Source: an uncultured Alphaproteobacteria bacterium (GTDB taxonomy: Bacteria; Pseudomonadota; Alphaproteobacteria; RF32; CAG-239). Taken from it: a stretch of DNA of 64,000 nucleotides. The position numbers and the translations under genes were made by a program. Location of the stretch: assembly GCA_944392255.1 (NCBI GenBank), contig CALXVY010000007.1, forward strand, positions 921 to 64,920. Reading direction: 5' to 3'. The notes beneath the pieces are model-generated. The model made no database searches and had not been told where the DNA came from. It saw nothing but the letters and a program-made list of their open reading frames with translations. The first letter of the stretch is position 1. The number at the start of each line of letters is the position of its first letter. This document shows positions 49,835-59,467 of this stretch, one piece after another.

Positions 49835-50736
49835 TGTCTAACATCAAAGAAAAACTCCAATCTTTTTCACAAGACTTTAACACTCACTTAGAGCAATATT
49901 TTCCGCTTCCAAATGGGCCGGAAAAGCGTGTAGTTGAAGCCATGAAATATTCTGTTATGAATGGTGGTAAAAGATTGCGTCCGTTTTTGGTCTGTGAAAC
50001 AGCTAAATTATATGGTGTTTCCACCTACCCAACCGCAGCGCTCGTATCGGCTTCTTTAGAGATGTTGCACTCATATTCTCTCATTCACGACGACTTACCG
50101 GCAATGGATAATGATGACTTACGCCGTGGAAAACCGACATGCCATAAGGCTTTTGATGAAGCCACAGCTATTTTGGCCGGTGATGGTTTATTAACCCAAG
50201 CTTTTGAGCTTTTGAGTCACAAAACCTTGAATATTGACGCCAATATCCGTTGTGAGTTGATTAATTTACTCGCCAATGCTGCCGGAGCTTACAATGGCAT
50301 GATAGCAGGACAAATGCTTGATATTTATGCCGAAACTGCACCTAAAGAAGAAAATAATGAAAAATTGATTTTGCATATTGAAGAAATGAAAACCGGTAGA
50401 TTAATTCGCTATGCTTGCGAAGCCGGAGCCATTTTGGGTAAAGCCGATATGGATGAGAGATTGGCAATTGTCAACTATGCCAGAAAAATTGGTTTGGCTT
50501 TCCAAATTGCCGATGACATTTTAGATGTAGAAGGCAATCAAGAGCTTATGGGTAAGAAACTACAAAAAGATGAAGCCCAAGGCAAAGCCACATTCGTAAG
50601 TATTTATGGCTTAGATAAAGCAAAAGAAATAGCCAAAAATTTAATTTGTGAAGCTAAAGAATGCATCTCAATTTTTGGAGCTAAAGCCCAAACTCTGCAA
50701 GACTTAGCTGACTTTATTATTGAAAGACAAAATTAA
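49834..50736 (+). CDS. ispA: polyprenyl (farnesyl/geranyl) diphosphate synthase
   Basis: LIHDDLPAMDNDDLRRGKP (FARM) and FQIADDILD (SARM). Coupled to xseB. Confidence 0.85.
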   Translation: MSNIKEKLQSFSQDFNTHLEQYFPLPNGPEKRVVEAMKYSVMNGGKRLRPFLVCETAKLYGVSTYPTAALVSASLEMLHSYSLIHDDLPAMDNDDLRRGKPTCHKAFDEATAILAGDGLLTQAFELLSHKTLNIDANIRCELINLLANAAGAYNGMIAGQMLDIYAETAPKEENNEKLILHIEEMKTGRLIRYACEAGAILGKADMDERLAIVNYARKIGLAFQIADDILDVEGNQELMGKKLQKDEAQGKATFVSIYGLDKAKEIAKNLICEAKECISIFGAKAQTLQDLADFIIERQN

Positions 50737-50815
50737 ATAAAAATATTATACATAAAATAAAAAAACACCATATCTGATTAAAGCTTAGTAAATCAAAATA
50801 TGGTGTTTTTTTCAT

Positions 50816-51187
50816 TTAATAGAAAATAACATCGACAACTTCATCATAATTCAGATGAGAAACCGTCTGACCACAACATTGTTCCCAAACATATGGTGTT
50901 GTATTACCGGCATTTTCATCCAAAAGATAAGTTTTACCGCCAAAAGTTTCCTGCAAGGCCATAGCTCTAGTGCAACTTCCGAAATAATAAGCCGCATCTA
51001 AGTCCAATACTTCAAACCAAACTCCTGAATTATGAATAATATCAAGAATAGAATTTTTTAGCTCTTGTGGAGCGACATCCTCTACAAAAAATACCCTTCC
51101 GATATTTTTGATTTTGGCATTAGGAAATTTTTTTAAAATTTCAGCTTTAATTGTCTCAATGTTTTTCTTTCTTTCCATCATGTTCAT
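50816..51187 (-). CDS. hypothetical protein
   Basis: 123-aa ORF with no motif. Confidence 0.5.
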   Translation of the reverse strand: MNMMERKKNIETIKAEILKKFPNAKIKNIGRVFFVEDVAPQELKNSILDIIHNSGVWFEVLDLDAAYYFGSCTRAMALQETFGGKTYLLDENAGNTTPYVWEQCCGQTVSHLNYDEVVDVIFY

Positions 51188-51364
51188 AAAATTTTAGGTT
51201 AAACAAACGACATAAAATATCTATTTATTTTTCAGTACGATAGAAAAGAGATATAATAAAGAAGTTTCATAAAATAACTATAATAATTTTCCTTTATCTT
51301 CGGCATATATCCATTTTCAAATTTTAGCAAGATAAAAATGTCAAAACATAAACAATGAAAAACT

Positions 51365-51859
51365 TTAATTATTTTCGATTAGCTCAAACGGATAGCCTTC
51401 TTTTTCATCAAACGGCTCAAACTGGGAAAGCAAAGTATCAAAGCAATTCTCATCAATATAAAGCGCGTTATCATCGGTTTGCGTGCGTTTAAGCACCCAT
51501 TGCTTAGCAAGCGTCATATCACACTCCAAAACATGAAAAACAACATTTGAGGTAAGGCTTTTTGCCCATTGATAATATTCTTGGCGCTTTGATTTGCTCC
51601 AAAAGCCATAATCCAAAATCACGTTCTGTCCCTTTTGTATGGTTTGTTTGGTTTGTTTGCGAATATAATCATCAACAATTTTATATTTAGCGGCAAAATC
51701 ATCAGGATTGCGACCAAAACGCTCCTTCATAATCTCATCATGGGTAAAAAGTTTGGCCGGCAATTCCAAAGCCAATTTTTGAGCATAAGTTGTCTTGCCA
51801 AAACCTAAAAAGCCACATAGTAATATGATTTGTGGCATTTGTTTTTGATTATTCCTCAT
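51365..51859 (-). CDS. P-loop kinase-like ATP-binding protein (AAA_33-like)
   Basis: Start set at MRNNQ (AGGAGGG SD). Walker A GFLGFGKTT, ~164 aa. Confidence 0.6.
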   Translation of the reverse strand: MRNNQKQMPQIILLCGFLGFGKTTYAQKLALELPAKLFTHDEIMKERFGRNPDDFAAKYKIVDDYIRKQTKQTIQKGQNVILDYGFWSKSKRQEYYQWAKSLTSNVVFHVLECDMTLAKQWVLKRTQTDDNALYIDENCFDTLLSQFEPFDEKEGYPFELIENN

Positions 51860-51952
51860 CTTCCCTCCTCTTTTATAAAACATACAAGAAAAATCTTTCA
51901 AAACGCAACTACAAAAAAACAGCAGGTTTTCATCCCTGCTGTTTTTTTGTTT

Positions 51953-54900
51953 TTAACGCATTTGGCGTTTGAGTTTAGGTCTACCTTCTTTTTCGGCGCG
52001 TTTGTTGATTTTGCGAAGCTTGATGTTTTCTTCATCAAACACTTCTCCGATAATGGCAAACATCATCGGCACAAACAAAGTTGCAACGAAGGTTGACATA
52101 ATCATACCGCCAATCATACCGGTACCGATTGAGTGACGGCTGGCTGCACCGGCACCTGTTGAGATTGCCAACGGCAATACACCAAAGGTAAAGGCCAAAG
52201 AGGTCATCACAATCGGACGGAAACGAAGTTTTGCTGCTTCAATAGCCGCTTGGGCATAGGTCAAACCTTCATGCACTTTCATCACGGCAAATTCCACAAT
52301 CAAAATGGCGTTTTTAGCGGACAAACCAATCAAGGTTACCAAACCGACTTGGAAGTACAAATCGTTTTGAATACCGCGCATCCATGTGGCAAGCAAAGCT
52401 CCGAACACACCAAACGGCACGGACAAAATAACCACAATCGGCAAAGACCATTTTTCATATTGCGCCGAGAGGATTAAGAAAATCATAATCACACCAAACG
52501 CAAATGCCATGGTAGATGCACCGCCTGCCAATTTTTCTTGGAATGCAGAACCAATCCAAGACAGTGAGTATTCATCGCCCAAAACTTCTTCAGCAACTTC
52601 TTCCATTGCGGCAATAGCTTGACCGGAAGAATATCCTTCGGCAGGATCTCCCATTACCTTGGCAGCTGGGAAGATGTTAAAGCGGTTAACAAGTTCCGGA
52701 CCGGTTACGCGTTTAACATGAATAAGGGTTGAAAGCGGAACCAAATCTCCTTTTGTTGACTTAACATAAACATAACGAAGATCATCAGGTGTTCTGCGGA
52801 ATTTTGATTCTGATTGCAAGGTTACGCGGAAGTTTCTACCCATATAGGTAAAGTCGTTAATATAAAGACTTCCGAATGTAGATTGTAAAACCGCATAAAT
52901 GCTGTTAATCGGCACATTCAAAACCATGGCTTTTTCTCTGTCCAAATCAATAGTATATTGCGGTGTGCTGACAGAGAAAGTCGTGGTAATGTTAGAAAGT
53001 TCCGGACGCTTGTTAGCAGCATTCAAAAACTCTTGCGTTTTTGCCATCAATTCACGAGATGATTTACCGGTTTTGTTCTGAATATAAGCCTCAAAACCGC
53101 CTGTTGTACTCATACCCATAATTGGCGGTAAGTTAAAGGCAAAAGCTATACCTTGCGGTTGACTCATACCTATACCGGTAAAGGTTTTAGCCAAAGCCTC
53201 GGCAGATTGGTCTGCTTCCAAACGTTGGTTCCAATCTTTCAAAGTAATAAAGCTTACACCGGAATAGGTATTCTGGCTGGAAGACAGCATATTAAAACCA
53301 TTAACCGTCAACACGTCAGAAACATTGGGATTACTTCTAACCATATCAGCAATTTTTGAGCTGAATTTTTCGGTTCTGGGTAGTGAAGATGCTTCAGGCA
53401 TATTATAGGCCATAAGGAGGTTACCCATATCTTCATTCGGCACCAATGCTGTCGGAATAATTTTGAACATTCCGATAATGGCAAAAATCAAACCGATAAA
53501 GCTCAAAATAGCCAATTTGCGCCATTTTAAGAAAAATTCCACACCATGAATATACCATGCGGTCACTTTTTCAAAAAAGACGTTAAACCATTTAAAGAAA
53601 GCCATTGGCTCTTTTTTGCCATGTGTTTTTTTTATGATAAGAGCGCAAAGAGAAGGTGTTAAAGTTAAAGCCACCAGCGCTGAAATCAACACGGAAACGG
53701 CAATGGTAACGGAGAATTGTTTATACATAACACCTGTCATACCGCCCAAGAATGCAATCGGCAAGAACACGGAAGACAAAACCAAAGCCACGGCAACAAC
53801 CGGACCGGAAACTTCTTCCATAGCCTTGATGGCTGCTTCTTTAGGAGATAACCCCTCTTCACTCATAATACGCTCCACGTTCTCGAGCACGATAATCGCA
53901 TCGTCCACCACAATACCGATGGCCAAAATCAAACCGAACAAGGTCAACAAGTTGATAGAGAAGCCCAAAATATACATTCCGGCAAAAGCACCGATAATTG
54001 AAACCGGCACAGCCAAAATCGGAATAAGGGTTGCGCGGAAGTTCTGCAAGAAGAGATAAACCACGGCAATAACCAAAACCACAGCTTCGAAGAATGTATG
54101 AATAACCTCTTCAATAGAAACGTTCACAAACAAGGTTGTATCATAAGGGATATCATATGTAATACCTTGCGGGAAGCTTTTAGCAAGTTCTTCCATTTTG
54201 GCTTTAACAGCTTCGGCAGTTTCCAAAGCATTAGCGCCTGATTGCAAATAAACCGCAAATGCTACTGCCGGCTCACCGTTAAAACGAGAACTTACGCTAT
54301 AATCTTGTGCACCAAGCTCAATTCTAGCCACATCTTTGAGGCGCAGCATAGCTCCGTCTTCATCGGTGGAAAGAATGATATTACCGAACTCTTTAGCATC
54401 AACCAAACGTCCTTTAGTGTTCACTGAATAAGTATAAGGCTGAATTTCTTCCATCGGCTCTTGCCCAAACTGACCTGCTGCATATTGCGAGTTTTGCTCT
54501 TGAACAGCAGTAATCACATCTTGCGGAGTGAGGTTATGGTCAGCCAATTTGTCAGGAGAAAGCCAAATACGCATTGAATAATCTTGGCTGGCAAAAAGAG
54601 ATGCACTACCCACACCTTTAATACGTTTAATTTCATCCAACACGTTCAAAAGCGCATAGTTAGAAACATAAACCGTATCATATTGATCGGTAGTAGAGCG
54701 CATGGCAATAACCTGCAAAATGGAGTTAGATTTTTCTTCCACGGTCACACCTTGTTTAGTTACTTCTGAGGGAAGTTTTGGTGTTGCCATTTGCACTTTG
54801 TTGTTCACATCAATCGTGGCTTGGTCCGGATCAGTTCCGATATCAAAAACCACACCCAAGGTCAAATAACCGGAAGATGTTGCGTTAGAATACATATAAA

Positions 54901-55129
54901 TCATATTCTTAACGCCATTAATTTCTTGCTCCAGAGGTGCTGCCACGGTATCTGCCAACACTTCGGCTGTTGCACCGGGATATGTTGCCGAAACTTGAAT
55001 TTCGGTTGGGACAATGTTTGGATATTGTTCAATCGGCAAAGCTTTCATAGCCACCAAACCGGAAAGAACAATAATCAAAGAAACAACCGTTGCAAAAATT
55101 GGTCTTTCAATAAAAAATTTAGAAAACAT
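51953..55129 (-). CDS. RND multidrug efflux permease (AcrB/HAE1 family)
   Basis: 1058 aa. N-terminal MFSKFFIERPIFATVVSL, 12 TM and two large periplasmic loops. Confidence 0.9.
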   Translation of the reverse strand: MFSKFFIERPIFATVVSLIIVLSGLVAMKALPIEQYPNIVPTEIQVSATYPGATAEVLADTVAAPLEQEINGVKNMIYMYSNATSSGYLTLGVVFDIGTDPDQATIDVNNKVQMATPKLPSEVTKQGVTVEEKSNSILQVIAMRSTTDQYDTVYVSNYALLNVLDEIKRIKGVGSASLFASQDYSMRIWLSPDKLADHNLTPQDVITAVQEQNSQYAAGQFGQEPMEEIQPYTYSVNTKGRLVDAKEFGNIILSTDEDGAMLRLKDVARIELGAQDYSVSSRFNGEPAVAFAVYLQSGANALETAEAVKAKMEELAKSFPQGITYDIPYDTTLFVNVSIEEVIHTFFEAVVLVIAVVYLFLQNFRATLIPILAVPVSIIGAFAGMYILGFSINLLTLFGLILAIGIVVDDAIIVLENVERIMSEEGLSPKEAAIKAMEEVSGPVVAVALVLSSVFLPIAFLGGMTGVMYKQFSVTIAVSVLISALVALTLTPSLCALIIKKTHGKKEPMAFFKWFNVFFEKVTAWYIHGVEFFLKWRKLAILSFIGLIFAIIGMFKIIPTALVPNEDMGNLLMAYNMPEASSLPRTEKFSSKIADMVRSNPNVSDVLTVNGFNMLSSSQNTYSGVSFITLKDWNQRLEADQSAEALAKTFTGIGMSQPQGIAFAFNLPPIMGMSTTGGFEAYIQNKTGKSSRELMAKTQEFLNAANKRPELSNITTTFSVSTPQYTIDLDREKAMVLNVPINSIYAVLQSTFGSLYINDFTYMGRNFRVTLQSESKFRRTPDDLRYVYVKSTKGDLVPLSTLIHVKRVTGPELVNRFNIFPAAKVMGDPAEGYSSGQAIAAMEEVAEEVLGDEYSLSWIGSAFQEKLAGGASTMAFAFGVIMIFLILSAQYEKWSLPIVVILSVPFGVFGALLATWMRGIQNDLYFQVGLVTLIGLSAKNAILIVEFAVMKVHEGLTYAQAAIEAAKLRFRPIVMTSLAFTFGVLPLAISTGAGAASRHSIGTGMIGGMIMSTFVATLFVPMMFAIIGEVFDEENIKLRKINKRAEKEGRPKLKRQMR

Positions 55130-55147
55130 CGGTTTTATCCTTTATTT

Positions 55148-56320
55148 TTAATCTTCCACTTGGGCATCTTTTTCCAAATTATCATCGGTTGTCAGTTCGG
55201 GAGTAACGGTCATACCGGGGCGAATTTTCATCAAATTGCTGATAATAACCTTATCCCCTTTTTTCAAGCCGGTATCAACAATCCAGCCGCCGTTTTCAGT
55301 AGACAAGCCTGTGTTAATGCTAACCATTTCGACAATATTTTGCGGATTAACGCGATAAACATAAGCGCCATTAGCTCCTTGCATAACGGCATCTTGCGGA
55401 ACGATTAAAGCATCCAAACGGGTTAAACCTTCCATAACCAAACGCAAGAATTGTCCCGGACGTATCATTTTATCAGGATTCGGAAAAACTGCGCGAAGTT
55501 TAACCGTACCGGTTGAAGTATCAATGGTCGGATTAATAAAGTTAATTTGTCCGTTATATTTATAGGTCTGTCCATCACCAAGTTTTACTTTGGCATGAAT
55601 AGCGCTATCATTATACGGATTTTGAATTTTTCCGCTTTCAACCATATTAGTCAAAGCCATAACTTCATTTTCAGAAGCAGAAAAGATAACATAAATGGGA
55701 TCGACTTGAGTCAAATGAGTGAGCAAACCGGCATCGCCTGAGGTTGAAATAAGACTACCCTCAGATTGTACTTCCATGCTGGTCAAACCGCTGATTGGCG
55801 CAGTAACGGTTGTATAATCCAAATTCAGCTGCGCAGCTTCAACTTCGGCCTGAGCCAATTCTTTATTAGCGAGCAATGCATCATAGTTTGCTTGAGCATC
55901 ATCTTTAGATTTTTCGCTGGCATAACCTTGTTTGAAGAGCTTTAAGGTTCTTTCTAATTGGATTTTGGCATTTTTAACTTCAGCCTCAGCCTGAGCCAAA
56001 CGAGCTTTAGCTTGATCTAAAGCGACCTTATAAGGTTTAGGGTCAATTTGGAAAAGAACACTACCCTCTTCCACATGAGAACCTTCAACGTAGTTACGTT
56101 TGAGCAAAATTCCGCCAACTTGAGCACGAACTTGAGTCTCTTTTGAGCCTTGAGCTCGAGCAGCAAATTCAAAACTCAAAGGCACATTTTGCGGTTCCAC
56201 TTGAATAACAGAAACTTTGGGAGCCTGCACGGCTTGCTGATTTTGTGATTTTTCTTGCTTACAACCGGCCAATACCAAAAGCATGGCAGCCAGAGTCAAA
56301 AACTTCTTATTAAACAACAT
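55148..56320 (-). CDS. RND efflux periplasmic adaptor lipoprotein (AcrA family)
   Basis: Start set at MLFNKK (GAGGA SD), lipobox LAGC. LDYTTVTAPISG motif. Confidence 0.85.
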   Translation of the reverse strand: MLFNKKFLTLAAMLLVLAGCKQEKSQNQQAVQAPKVSVIQVEPQNVPLSFEFAARAQGSKETQVRAQVGGILLKRNYVEGSHVEEGSVLFQIDPKPYKVALDQAKARLAQAEAEVKNAKIQLERTLKLFKQGYASEKSKDDAQANYDALLANKELAQAEVEAAQLNLDYTTVTAPISGLTSMEVQSEGSLISTSGDAGLLTHLTQVDPIYVIFSASENEVMALTNMVESGKIQNPYNDSAIHAKVKLGDGQTYKYNGQINFINPTIDTSTGTVKLRAVFPNPDKMIRPGQFLRLVMEGLTRLDALIVPQDAVMQGANGAYVYRVNPQNIVEMVSINTGLSTENGGWIVDTGLKKGDKVIISNLMKIRPGMTVTPELTTDDNLEKDAQVED

Positions 56321-56472
56321 ATTAATCCTCATTATTTCAGAAACAACTGCAAATAAATGTAATCCATTTTTCGGAAATATCCACTCTTTTATAAAAGATT
56401 TCAAGAGTTTTTATTAACTTACTCGAATGTATATAGATATAAAAAAAAGCTCTCAAATGAGAGCTTAATTTC

Positions 56473-57150
56473 TTAAATCAAATCTAAGACGGCTTCCACG
56501 AGATTATGCGTTCCCTCCGCCACTTGTTTTATGGAGTTGGCAAGCATGTAGCATGGCGTGGTCACAATCTTGTGCTCTTCATCTACGCAAACTTCTGTTG
56601 CTGCCTTATTTTCATGTTCGGCCCCCATTTTTTTCAAACCGGCAGCCACTTTTGTATCATTGCCGATAGTCAGTTTGACATGATGTTTGCCTAATACGCG
56701 CGCAATCACGGTCGGTGCAATACACATTGCTCCGATAACGATTCCTTCATCATAGCTTTCTTCCAAAACACGACGTACTTCATGATTGATTTCACAGTCC
56801 GCACCTTTGACGGCAAAATCGCTCAAATTAAGAGCTGCACCAAAACCACCGGGGAAAATGATGGCATCATAATCTTTGGCTTTGAATTCTTGCAAGTCTT
56901 TTATTTGTCCGCGAGCAATACGTGCCGATTCGGCCAACACATTGCGATTATCCTCATCTCCGGCAATGGCTGTGGCATGACCGGTGAAATGGTCTATGGT
57001 ACGAGCCTGCCAAGTATTTGGTGCAAAACATTGATATTCGGCACCTTGTTGGTCAACGGCGAACATAGTTAAAACAGCTTCGTGGATTTCACTACCGTCA
57101 AAAACGCCGCATCCGGCGAGAACAATAGCAATTTGTGGACGCTCAGACAT
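56473..57150 (-). CDS. elbB: isoprenoid biosynthesis glyoxalase ElbB (DJ-1/PfpI superfamily)
   Basis: IAIVLAGCGVFDGSEIHEAVLTM N-terminus and nucleophile-elbow CIAP. Confidence 0.8.
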   Translation of the reverse strand: MSERPQIAIVLAGCGVFDGSEIHEAVLTMFAVDQQGAEYQCFAPNTWQARTIDHFTGHATAIAGDEDNRNVLAESARIARGQIKDLQEFKAKDYDAIIFPGGFGAALNLSDFAVKGADCEINHEVRRVLEESYDEGIVIGAMCIAPTVIARVLGKHHVKLTIGNDTKVAAGLKKMGAEHENKAATEVCVDEEHKIVTTPCYMLANSIKQVAEGTHNLVEAVLDLI

Positions 57151-57251
57151 AATATTTTCCTTTCTTTTCTTGCGTAATTAATTTATTAAGGAATATATAA
57201 TAAGTTAACTTAAAATAACAAGAACAAATTAGATAAGTAAGGCAATAAAAA

Positions 57252-58520
57252 ATGCAATGGCAAATGACCTCCTTAAAAAATGGCTTGAGAATAATCACTT
57301 CCACACGTCCCAATTTAGAGAGCGTATCATTAGGTGTGTGGGTAAAAACCGGTTCGGCTTATGAAAAAGAAGAAATGAACGGCATTTCTCACTTCTTTGA
57401 GCACACTTGCTTTAAGGGTACTAAAAAGCGCAACTCTCTGCAAATCAACGAAGAGATTGAAGATGTCGGCGGACAAATGAATGCTTATACCTCACGCGAG
57501 TTTACCGCCTATTATGCAAAAATGCTTAAAAATGATGCCGAATTGGCTGCCGATGTCATTGCTGACATTTTGTTAAATGCCACCTTTCCTGAAGACGAGT
57601 TGGTCAAAGAAAGAGAAGTTGTTGTGCAAGAAATCAAACAAACCATAGATGCACCCGACGACATCATTTTTGACTATTTTCAAGAAGCCGCTTTTCCCAA
57701 CCAAGCTTTGGGACGCACCATTTTAGGTCCTGCCGAAAAAGTCAGAAGTTTTAATGGCGACACCTTGCGTCATTATATTTCCACCAACTATGCCGGTGAG
57801 AATATGATTGCTTGCGCCGTCGGTAACATTGAGCACGATGCCTTTGTCAAAATGGTAGAACAACGCATGAGTTCTTTGCAACCAAAAACCTTTTTCACTC
57901 CCGAAAAACAAAAATATCAGGGTGGCTTTTTCATTGAAAAAAGAGACATTGAACAAGCCCATGTTTTACTTGGTTTTGAAGCCACAAAATACGAGAGCAA
58001 AAGCTACTATCCGACCGTGATTTTATCTACGTTGCTTGGCGGCGGCATGGCCTCTCGCTTATTCCAAGAAATCAGAGAAAAAAGAGGCTTGGTTTATACG
58101 GTATATTCTTTTGCCAATGCGCATACACAAACCGGATTATTCGGAATTTATGCCGGAACGGGCAAGAAAGAGCTGGAAGAATTGATGCCGGTTGTGGCAA
58201 CCGAGGTTAACAAAGTCTGCCAAGAAAAAGTAAGCGAAAAAGAACTTCAACGAGCCAAAGTTCAACTCAAAGCCAGCATGTTGATGGGCTTGGAGAGTTG
58301 CTCTTCTTCAGCTGAAGTTTTAGCGCGCCAAATGCTCATTTTCAACCGTATTATTCCGGTAGAAGAAATGGTTGAAATGATAGAGCAAGTATCTTTAGAT
58401 GACATCCAAAACACTGCATGCAAAATCTTTTCTTCTAAGCCAACTTACACTTTGTTGGGAGCAATAGATAAATATATGCCCTATGAAGATTTGTGCAATG
58501 CAATAAAGGTGAAAGCATGA
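57252..58520 (+). CDS. M16 family zinc peptidase (pitrilysin/MPP-like)
   Basis: HFFEH inverted zinc motif, 422 aa. Confidence 0.85.
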   Translation: MQWQMTSLKNGLRIITSTRPNLESVSLGVWVKTGSAYEKEEMNGISHFFEHTCFKGTKKRNSLQINEEIEDVGGQMNAYTSREFTAYYAKMLKNDAELAADVIADILLNATFPEDELVKEREVVVQEIKQTIDAPDDIIFDYFQEAAFPNQALGRTILGPAEKVRSFNGDTLRHYISTNYAGENMIACAVGNIEHDAFVKMVEQRMSSLQPKTFFTPEKQKYQGGFFIEKRDIEQAHVLLGFEATKYESKSYYPTVILSTLLGGGMASRLFQEIREKRGLVYTVYSFANAHTQTGLFGIYAGTGKKELEELMPVVATEVNKVCQEKVSEKELQRAKVQLKASMLMGLESCSSSAEVLARQMLIFNRIIPVEEMVEMIEQVSLDDIQNTACKIFSSKPTYTLLGAIDKYMPYEDLCNAIKVKA

Positions 58521-59449
58521 GTGAAAATTTAACTGTTTATATTGCCGAACCGCGCGGTTTTTGTGCCGGTGTCCGAAGAGCTATTGAAATTGTTGAACAA
58601 GCTTTGAGAGATTATGGTGCACCGGTTTATGTTCGCCATGAGATTGTTCATAACAAACACGTGATAGAAGATTTGCAAAATAAAGGGGTGATTTTCATTG
58701 ACGAATTGGCACAAATGCAAGACCAGAGCCGCCCGCTCATTTTCTCTGCCCACGGCGTTCCGCAAAGCGTGGTTGATGAAACCGTAAAGCATGGTATTAA
58801 AACAATTGACGCCACCTGCCCATTGGTTGCCAAGGTACATAATCAGATTAAAAAACTGTATCAAGAAGATATGGAGATTATTGTCATCGGCAAAAAAAAT
58901 CATGTCGAAATCATTGGCACAGTCGGACAAATTCCCAACAGCAATAAATTGCATATCATCAATTCAAAAGAAGATATTGAGAGTTTAAATATAAATCCGG
59001 AAAGCAAAGTCGGTTTTGTCACCCAGACCACCCTTTCAGTTGATGATACTAAAGAGATTGTCGCCGCTCTGAAGCAAAAATTTCCAACCATTTCCGCCAT
59101 GCGCAAAGATGACATTTGCTTTGCCACCACCAACCGCCAAAAAGCCGTTAAAGAAATGGCAAAACTTGCAGCTTTGATAATTGTCATCGGCTCAAAAAAT
59201 TCTTCCAATTCCAAACAATTAAAAGAAGTGGCTACAAAAAACGGTGCTAAAGAAGCCATATTGATTGATGATGCAAATGAGCTTGATTGGACTTTGTTAA
59301 AGGAGTATCAGACCGTCGGCATCACCGCCGGAGCCTCGGCACCGGAATATCTGGTACAAGATTTACTCTACCAATTAAAGTCACATTATGATAATATTAA
59401 GATTATGGATGTAAAAGTAGAGTATGAAAAGGTAAATTTCAAACTCTGA
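58517..59449 (+). CDS. ispH: 4-hydroxy-3-methylbut-2-enyl diphosphate reductase
   Basis: Start set at MSENLTV (ATGA overlap with the M16 stop). PRGFCAGV, HNKHV and ATCPLV motifs. Confidence 0.9.
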   Translation: MSENLTVYIAEPRGFCAGVRRAIEIVEQALRDYGAPVYVRHEIVHNKHVIEDLQNKGVIFIDELAQMQDQSRPLIFSAHGVPQSVVDETVKHGIKTIDATCPLVAKVHNQIKKLYQEDMEIIVIGKKNHVEIIGTVGQIPNSNKLHIINSKEDIESLNINPESKVGFVTQTTLSVDDTKEIVAALKQKFPTISAMRKDDICFATTNRQKAVKEMAKLAALIIVIGSKNSSNSKQLKEVATKNGAKEAILIDDANELDWTLLKEYQTVGITAGASAPEYLVQDLLYQLKSHYDNIKIMDVKVEYEKVNFKL

Positions 59450-59467
59450 CAAAGTGGGAGAAGAACC

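Noticed and set aside
51953-56320. Missing outer-membrane factor gene next to the AcrAB-like pair as a sign of a novel system
   Set aside because: RND pairs frequently use an unlinked TolC-type channel, so its absence from this window is uninformative.
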